Positions 18,116 to 22,368 of a DNA stretch of 22,368 nt are shown here, one piece after another (positions within the stretch are counted from its first letter, which is position 1; each line of letters begins with the position of its first letter). The notes beneath the pieces are model-generated. The model saw nothing but the letters and a program-made list of their open reading frames with translations, did not search any database and was not told where the DNA came from. The translations under genes and the position numbers were made by a program. The stretch comes from Promethearchaeati archaeon. Lineage in GTDB: Archaea; Asgardarchaeota; Heimdallarchaeia; Heimdallarchaeales; Heimdallarchaeaceae. The DNA is taken from assembly GCA_013166775.1 (NCBI GenBank), contig JABLTJ010000042.1, positions 1-22,368 of the forward strand. Reading direction: 5' to 3'.

Positions 18116-18990
18116 AACTAAAAGAACTGCCTCATAAAAGTCATTTTACTGAAGGAGATCGTGCTTGTGCAGGTTGTATGGGATCAAATATAGCTATTAA
18201 TGTTATGAGAATTCTTGGAAAGAAAACTGTAGTTAGTGTCCCTCCATCTTGTATGAGTGTTTTTGGTGGAACTTTCCCAAATATCAATTGGGATGTTCCT
18301 TATTTCCACATGCAGTTTGCGAATACAGCTTCAACAATAACAGGTATAGCTCGCGCATTAAAAGTACAAGGAAAGGAGGATATAGTTGTTCTTGGTATGG
18401 CAGGTGACGGAGCCACTGCTGACATGGGATTAGCTTCTTTATCAGGAGCTGCTCATAGAGATGAAGACATTCTCTATATTTGTTATAATAATGAAGCATA
18501 TGAAAACACAGGAATTCAAGCGTCAGGTGTTTCTCCTATTGGTGTCTGGTCATCAACTACTCCAAAAGGTAATCAATATGCCCCCAAAGATATCCCTAGA
18601 ATCCTTATCGCACATGAGGCAACTTACGTAGCAACTGCGTCTACTTCTCATATTCAGGATTTTATAAACAAGGTTGAAAAAGCAAAGAAACTCCGAGGTT
18701 TCAGGTATATAGAAGTTTTATCAGCTTGTACTCCAGGCTGGAAAATTGATTCTCATCTTGGTCCTGAACTAGTAAAAGAAGCTGTCGAAAGTGGATATTG
18801 GCTGTTAATAGAGTATGAAGACAGAAAATTGAAAATGAATGTCAAGCCTAAATTCACTGGTTTGAAAGAGTTTATTTCCAAACAAGGAAGATTCAACGAC
18901 ATCTCGGACGAACAATTGGAAAATCTGAGAAAACAGATTGAGAGAAAATATCATATTTACAAAAATATGGAAAATAACAACCACTTATGA
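18112..18990 (+). CDS. porB: 2-oxoacid:ferredoxin oxidoreductase beta subunit (TPP-binding)
   Basis: ACAGC plus further Fe-S Cys residues, TPP motif GDG...NNEAYENTGIQ. ATGA overlap with the alpha gene. Confidence 0.9.
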   Translation: MKLKELPHKSHFTEGDRACAGCMGSNIAINVMRILGKKTVVSVPPSCMSVFGGTFPNINWDVPYFHMQFANTASTITGIARALKVQGKEDIVVLGMAGDGATADMGLASLSGAAHRDEDILYICYNNEAYENTGIQASGVSPIGVWSSTTPKGNQYAPKDIPRILIAHEATYVATASTSHIQDFINKVEKAKKLRGFRYIEVLSACTPGWKIDSHLGPELVKEAVESGYWLLIEYEDRKLKMNVKPKFTGLKEFISKQGRFNDISDEQLENLRKQIERKYHIYKNMENNNHL

Positions 18991-19072
18991 TAATAATAAT
19001 TTTCTTACTTTCTAATCTTTCAATTGCATTACCAATAAGATTTAAATATCTGAAACCGAAACCTAACTCACT

Positions 19073-19540
19073 ATGGCAAGCTTAAAAGTTTGGACAAGTG
19101 GCTTTGGAATACTAGCCATGCTATTTTATGTAGCAGGTGCTGTTGGAGGATTCTTTAGTGGATTCTTCTTATGGTTACCAACATATCAGGCTAATACGGG
19201 AACTGGAGGAGAAATGATCTTCCTTATCCTTATGATACTCATGTTCGTAGTTGCAGGATTATGCTTAATATCTTTAATAATTTCACTTTTTGGAATTCCA
19301 AAAGTACTATGGATTATTTTAGCATTCCTATCACTCGGATGTGCTGTTGCTGTTTCATTATTAATGTTCATGTTAGGTGATTTAGCTTCAGCTTTAGGAC
19401 TAGCTGGTTTCGCATACTTTGATCTAGGATGGTATCAAGCAAGCACTGAACAGATGTGGGATTTCATTGGCTTTTGGTTAGCAGCAGGTGGATCCTTCTT
19501 AGCATTAGTATTCGGATTCTTCGTTCCAAAGAAAATCTAA
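19073..19540 (+). CDS. Four-TM membrane protein of unknown function
   Basis: Four hydrophobic helices, TATA TTTAAATA at 19041-19048, and a downstream terminator. Confidence 0.8.
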   Translation: MASLKVWTSGFGILAMLFYVAGAVGGFFSGFFLWLPTYQANTGTGGEMIFLILMILMFVVAGLCLISLIISLFGIPKVLWIILAFLSLGCAVAVSLLMFMLGDLASALGLAGFAYFDLGWYQASTEQMWDFIGFWLAAGGSFLALVFGFFVPKKI

Positions 19541-19563
19541 TACACAAAGAAAAGAATAACATT

Positions 19564-19595
19564 GGAGAAGGATTCAATCCACTCCTTATTTTTTT
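19564..19595 (+). terminator. Hairpin plus T-tract terminator
   Basis: GGAG-aa-GGAT-tca-ATCC-a-CTCC followed by TTATTTTTTT. Confidence 0.55.
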
Positions 19596-19640
19596 AATAT
19601 ATTTAGGTATACTAATAGGATATTTTTCTCTAATTTAAGC

Positions 19641-19689
19641 CAAACACCGACAAAATAATGTAAATGGCCTTTCTCTCAAAGTTTAAATA
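19641..19689 (+). promoter_or_regulatory. Histone gene 1 promoter with an upstream conserved box
   Basis: CAAACACCGACAA...AATGG...CTCAAAGTTTAAATA, matching 20043-20093. Confidence 0.7.
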
Positions 19690-19738
19690 TGACTACTAAC
19701 ACACATAAATCTGATAACTTAAATTGAAGTGTTATCTA

Positions 19739-19936
19739 ATGTCCAAGAAAAAGAAGGAAATCGAAATGTTAATCGTTAAAGCTAAACTCAAGGAATTTAT
19801 TAAAGGCCTAGGAGATTTCAATGTTTCCGCTGATTTCTATGAAGAATTTAACAAGAAAGTTGCAAAACTAGCTAAGATTGCTGTTGGTAGAACTAAAGCT
19901 AATGGCAGAAAAACAGTTGCAGCTAAAGATGTATAA
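19739..19936 (+). CDS. Histone-fold protein of the DUF1931/face-to-face type
   Basis: LIVKAKLKEF...NVSADFYEEFNKKV...RTKANGRKTVAAKDV, with a C-terminal RKTVxxxD and truncated alpha3. ATG 19739 is the likelier start. Confidence 0.85.
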   Translation: MSKKKKEIEMLIVKAKLKEFIKGLGDFNVSADFYEEFNKKVAKLAKIAVGRTKANGRKTVAAKDV

Positions 19937-20042
19937 TCTGATAAATTCATAAGAGATCAAAAGAAAATCAATCTTTTTGAAAGCTTATAGATAAAACCTG
20001 AATAATTTTATTTTCATTTTTTTTATTTTTTTTAATTTTGTT

Positions 20043-20093
20043 CAAATACCGACAATATATGCTTAGAATGGTTGTAGCCTCAAACTTTAAATA
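20043..20093 (+). promoter_or_regulatory. Histone gene 2 promoter with an upstream conserved box
   Basis: CAAATACCGACAA...AATGG...CTCAAACTTTAAATA. Confidence 0.7.
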
Positions 20094-20139
20094 CTACTAG
20101 AGGTCTATATTCAGTTGATAACCAAGGGGGGTTATCCAT

Positions 20140-20331
20140 ATGGGTAAAGATGTTAAGCAAACCTTAATCGTAAAATCCAAAGTTCGTGAATATGTTAAAA
20201 GCCTTGGAGATTTCAATGTTTCAGGAGATTTTCTGGAAACACTGAATGTACAAGTAGCTAAACTCCTCAAGCATGCAGCTAAGAGAACTGCAGCTAATTC
20301 TCGTAAAACAGTTGCAGCAAGAGACATATAA
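20140..20331 (+). CDS. Histone-fold protein of the DUF1931/face-to-face type, paralog 2
   Basis: LIVKSKVREYVKSLGDFNVSGDF...AAKRTAANSRKTVAARDI. Confidence 0.85.
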   Translation: MGKDVKQTLIVKSKVREYVKSLGDFNVSGDFLETLNVQVAKLLKHAAKRTAANSRKTVAARDI

Positions 20332-20345
20332 GCGACAAAAGAAAG

Positions 20346-20446
20346 TGCCGGAGAACCAGAGACCTCTAAGCCAGTTTTCTCTTATGTTCTTCCGGTAATA
20401 ATAATCTAAACTTTCCCTCTTTTATTTTTTTTCTTACATTTTTTTC
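20346..20446 (+). terminator. 3' stem-loop and T-rich terminator region
   Basis: Extended stem at 20346-20397 followed by T tracts. Confidence 0.5.
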
Positions 20447-20594
20447 AATTCAATTCGATAGTGTTTTCGTTAAATATTCTTTTACATATTTTCTACGCAA
20501 GTAAAAATAGCTTCTAGTATGGTTTTAGAAAAAACCGGTTAATAGAATTGTCCATACAATAAAGAAAAATAGTACTTTAGTTCTGCATTACTAA

Positions 20595-21299
20595 ATGAGA
20601 CTTTCTGGAACATTTTGTAAAGCAAGATTCATTAGAAGACCTAATAGATTTCTCTGCTATGTTCGTTTAGAAGAATCAAGCCAGGAAGTTAAAGCTCATG
20701 TACCAGATCCAGGAAGATTAAAAGAACTGTTTACTCCTGAAGCTGAGCTAATAGTTAGAAAAGAAAATAAGAAGGATCGAAAAACAGCATTTACTGTTGT
20801 TGGCATAAAAACAGGTAAAATCTGGGTAAATATAGAATCTACTTTCACAAATCGAATCTTTGAAGAAGAATATGAAAAACTTTCCGAATTCAATGATTAC
20901 AAAATTGAGAAAGCTGAATTTACTTTTGGTTCCAGTCGTTTCGATTTTCTAATGAAAAACAAAAAAACCAACAAAAAAGCCTTAGTTGAAGTAAAAGGAG
21001 CTACACTTGTAAACGAAGGATTAGCTCTCTTTCCTGATGCACCTACTACTAGAGGAATCAAGCATTTACGAGGATTAACAGAGGCCTTAAAACAAGGGTA
21101 TGAATCTTTTATTATTTTCATTATAAAACGAGAAGATGCTACAAGTTTTTCACCAAATCAAGAAACAGATCCTTTGTTTTCGCAAGAACTTCAATATGCA
21201 AACGAAAAAGGAGTAAGAATATTTGCTTTCAATTGCTATTATGATCCTTTAGATATCAAAGAGATCGGAATCTTGAGAAGGGTATCAACTAATATCTAG
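20595..21299 (+). CDS. sfsA: SfsA family DNA/RNA nuclease
   Basis: RPNRF, HVPDPGRLKEL, SRFDFL, VEVKG, FPDAPTTRGIKHL. Confidence 0.93.
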   Translation: MRLSGTFCKARFIRRPNRFLCYVRLEESSQEVKAHVPDPGRLKELFTPEAELIVRKENKKDRKTAFTVVGIKTGKIWVNIESTFTNRIFEEEYEKLSEFNDYKIEKAEFTFGSSRFDFLMKNKKTNKKALVEVKGATLVNEGLALFPDAPTTRGIKHLRGLTEALKQGYESFIIFIIKREDATSFSPNQETDPLFSQELQYANEKGVRIFAFNCYYDPLDIKEIGILRRVSTNI

Positions 21300-21306
21300 G
21301 ATTTTA

Positions 21307-21843
21307 TCAACAGAATATTCCTTCCAAGCAATAAACAGACAATTTTTCTGTCTCTGGACAGTTCTTAGCTAAGCCACATTGTTGACATAGTGAGGATATG
21401 TTTTCCTCTGAGAGTGTCTCTCTTTTTTGATGTAGTTCATATAGAAGTTTGAGATATTTTCCTTCCATATTCCTTGGGATATCTTCTAGGTTTTCGAATC
21501 CGTACCATTGATATAGTCCTTTATCTCCTTTCGCAGAATTACAGTTTTTACACAACATAATATAATTCTCTCTATTATCTGATAATTCAGTAACAGAGGA
21601 CAACATTTTTTCCACTGAGAGTTTTCTGACCTCACCACAGAAGGCACAGCTTTGGGTTATTTCCAAAGTAGATTTAAATTCTTTTAATGCATTCTCCCAA
21701 GTTATTTCCTCATTTTGCAGTTTTTGATAATAATTCCCTATAAACTGCAAATTACTCCTTCCATAACCTGAAGAATGAGATATTATTTTTGCATATTGCC
21801 AGAAAATAAGATCCTTAATACTTCTGATATTTTGGGGAAGCAT
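21307..21843 (-). CDS. Zinc-binding HNH-like protein, probably catalytically degenerate
   Basis: CAFCG...LCKNCNSAKG is the HNH Zn scaffold. The expected EH reads EK. A second Cys cluster CQQC-x5-C-x9-C follows. GGAGA RBS upstream. Confidence 0.7.
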   Translation of the reverse strand: MLPQNIRSIKDLIFWQYAKIISHSSGYGRSNLQFIGNYYQKLQNEEITWENALKEFKSTLEITQSCAFCGEVRKLSVEKMLSSVTELSDNRENYIMLCKNCNSAKGDKGLYQWYGFENLEDIPRNMEGKYLKLLYELHQKRETLSEENISSLCQQCGLAKNCPETEKLSVYCLEGIFC

Positions 21844-21938
21844 TTATCTCCAAAATAATATAGTGCACTAAACAGTTATTATTCTTTCTCTTTTCTTCAG
21901 TGAATGTTTGAATGTAAAAATAGATAAAAGAGAATAAA

Positions 21939-22316
21939 TCAAAACAAGTCTTTTGAAACCATTGAAATTACTTCTTTTGCTTCTTCTGACATCTGCTTTC
22001 TTTTTGGTGTTAAAGCCGCATTTAGTAAATCATTCAAGATTTTTTCTCTATTCCTATTAACGACCTCTAAAAGAGTTAAATCATCAACTGAAGTTTCTTC
22101 TTCATAGAGTTGTACTATCTCATTAGCTAAATCTTTTGTTGTTACTTTCATTGCTTTGATTATTCTTTTCTCTGAAGCTGTAACTTTTCCATCTTTCTCA
22201 CAGTAGGTTTTTACCGTTTCAACCATTTGATCTAAAACTTTTCGAAGTTCATTTTCCTCTTCTTTTGTAAGAGTATTTATCTCTTCATCTATATCATTAG
22301 GCAGTCTGTCCACCAC
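21939..22316 (-). CDS. Small helical hypothetical protein with a TerB/EF-hand-like DGxVTxxE motif
   Basis: KDGKVTASEKRII. TTTAAATA on the minus strand at 22344-22351, about 28 nt before the GTG start. Confidence 0.65.
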   Translation of the reverse strand: MVDRLPNDIDEEINTLTKEEENELRKVLDQMVETVKTYCEKDGKVTASEKRIIKAMKVTTKDLANEIVQLYEEETSVDDLTLLEVVNRNREKILNDLLNAALTPKRKQMSEEAKEVISMVSKDLF

Positions 22317-22368
22317 TTTCCAAGGATATTATGGCACAATTGATATTTAAACTTGAACTTTTGCATTA

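Noticed and set aside
13985-18499. Minus-strand ORFs within the surface-protein and por genes, plus 16608-16844 and 16841-17032
   Set aside because: These are antisense shadows. 16608-16844 mirrors the more plausible plus-strand 51-aa ORF.
19186-21121. Short ORFs 19186-19371, 19456-19638, 20097-20327, 20696-20893 and 20897-21121
   Set aside because: They overlap better-supported genes or the terminator.

Overview
This is an AT-rich archaeal window (TATA-box promoters, GAGGTGA ribosome-binding site, RadA, archaeal 2-oxoacid oxidoreductase subunits, histone folds). The gene content and the Ig-repeat surface protein suggest an Asgard archaeon, possibly Heimdallarchaeia; this is an inference. 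The first ~360 nt are GC-rich and look joined in-frame from a different source. Positions ~360-16587 hold an unusual same-strand recombination cluster: an acidic hypothetical protein, a membrane protein resembling a metalloprotease without HExxH, a RadB-like ATPase, a PD-(D/E)xK-fold nuclease, a HerA/VirB4-like protein lacking Walker A and carrying a winged helix, a Hel308-like helicase with an inserted SWIM zinc finger, a divergent RadA, and a 2118-aa membrane-anchored Ig-repeat protein coupled to radA. A near-identical promoter/leader (17 of 18 nt identical in its core) precedes both the nuclease-HerA-helicase unit and the radA-surface-protein unit, which suggests one regulon. This is the best candidate for an undescribed system, perhaps contact-dependent DNA exchange and recombination, or an ancestral HELQ/Shu/Rad51-paralog module. 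The remainder holds a 51-aa acidic ORF, porA/porB-like genes, a 4-TM protein, two tandem DUF1931-type histones with duplicated promoters and 3' hairpins, sfsA, a degenerate HNH/Zn protein and a small TerB-like protein.
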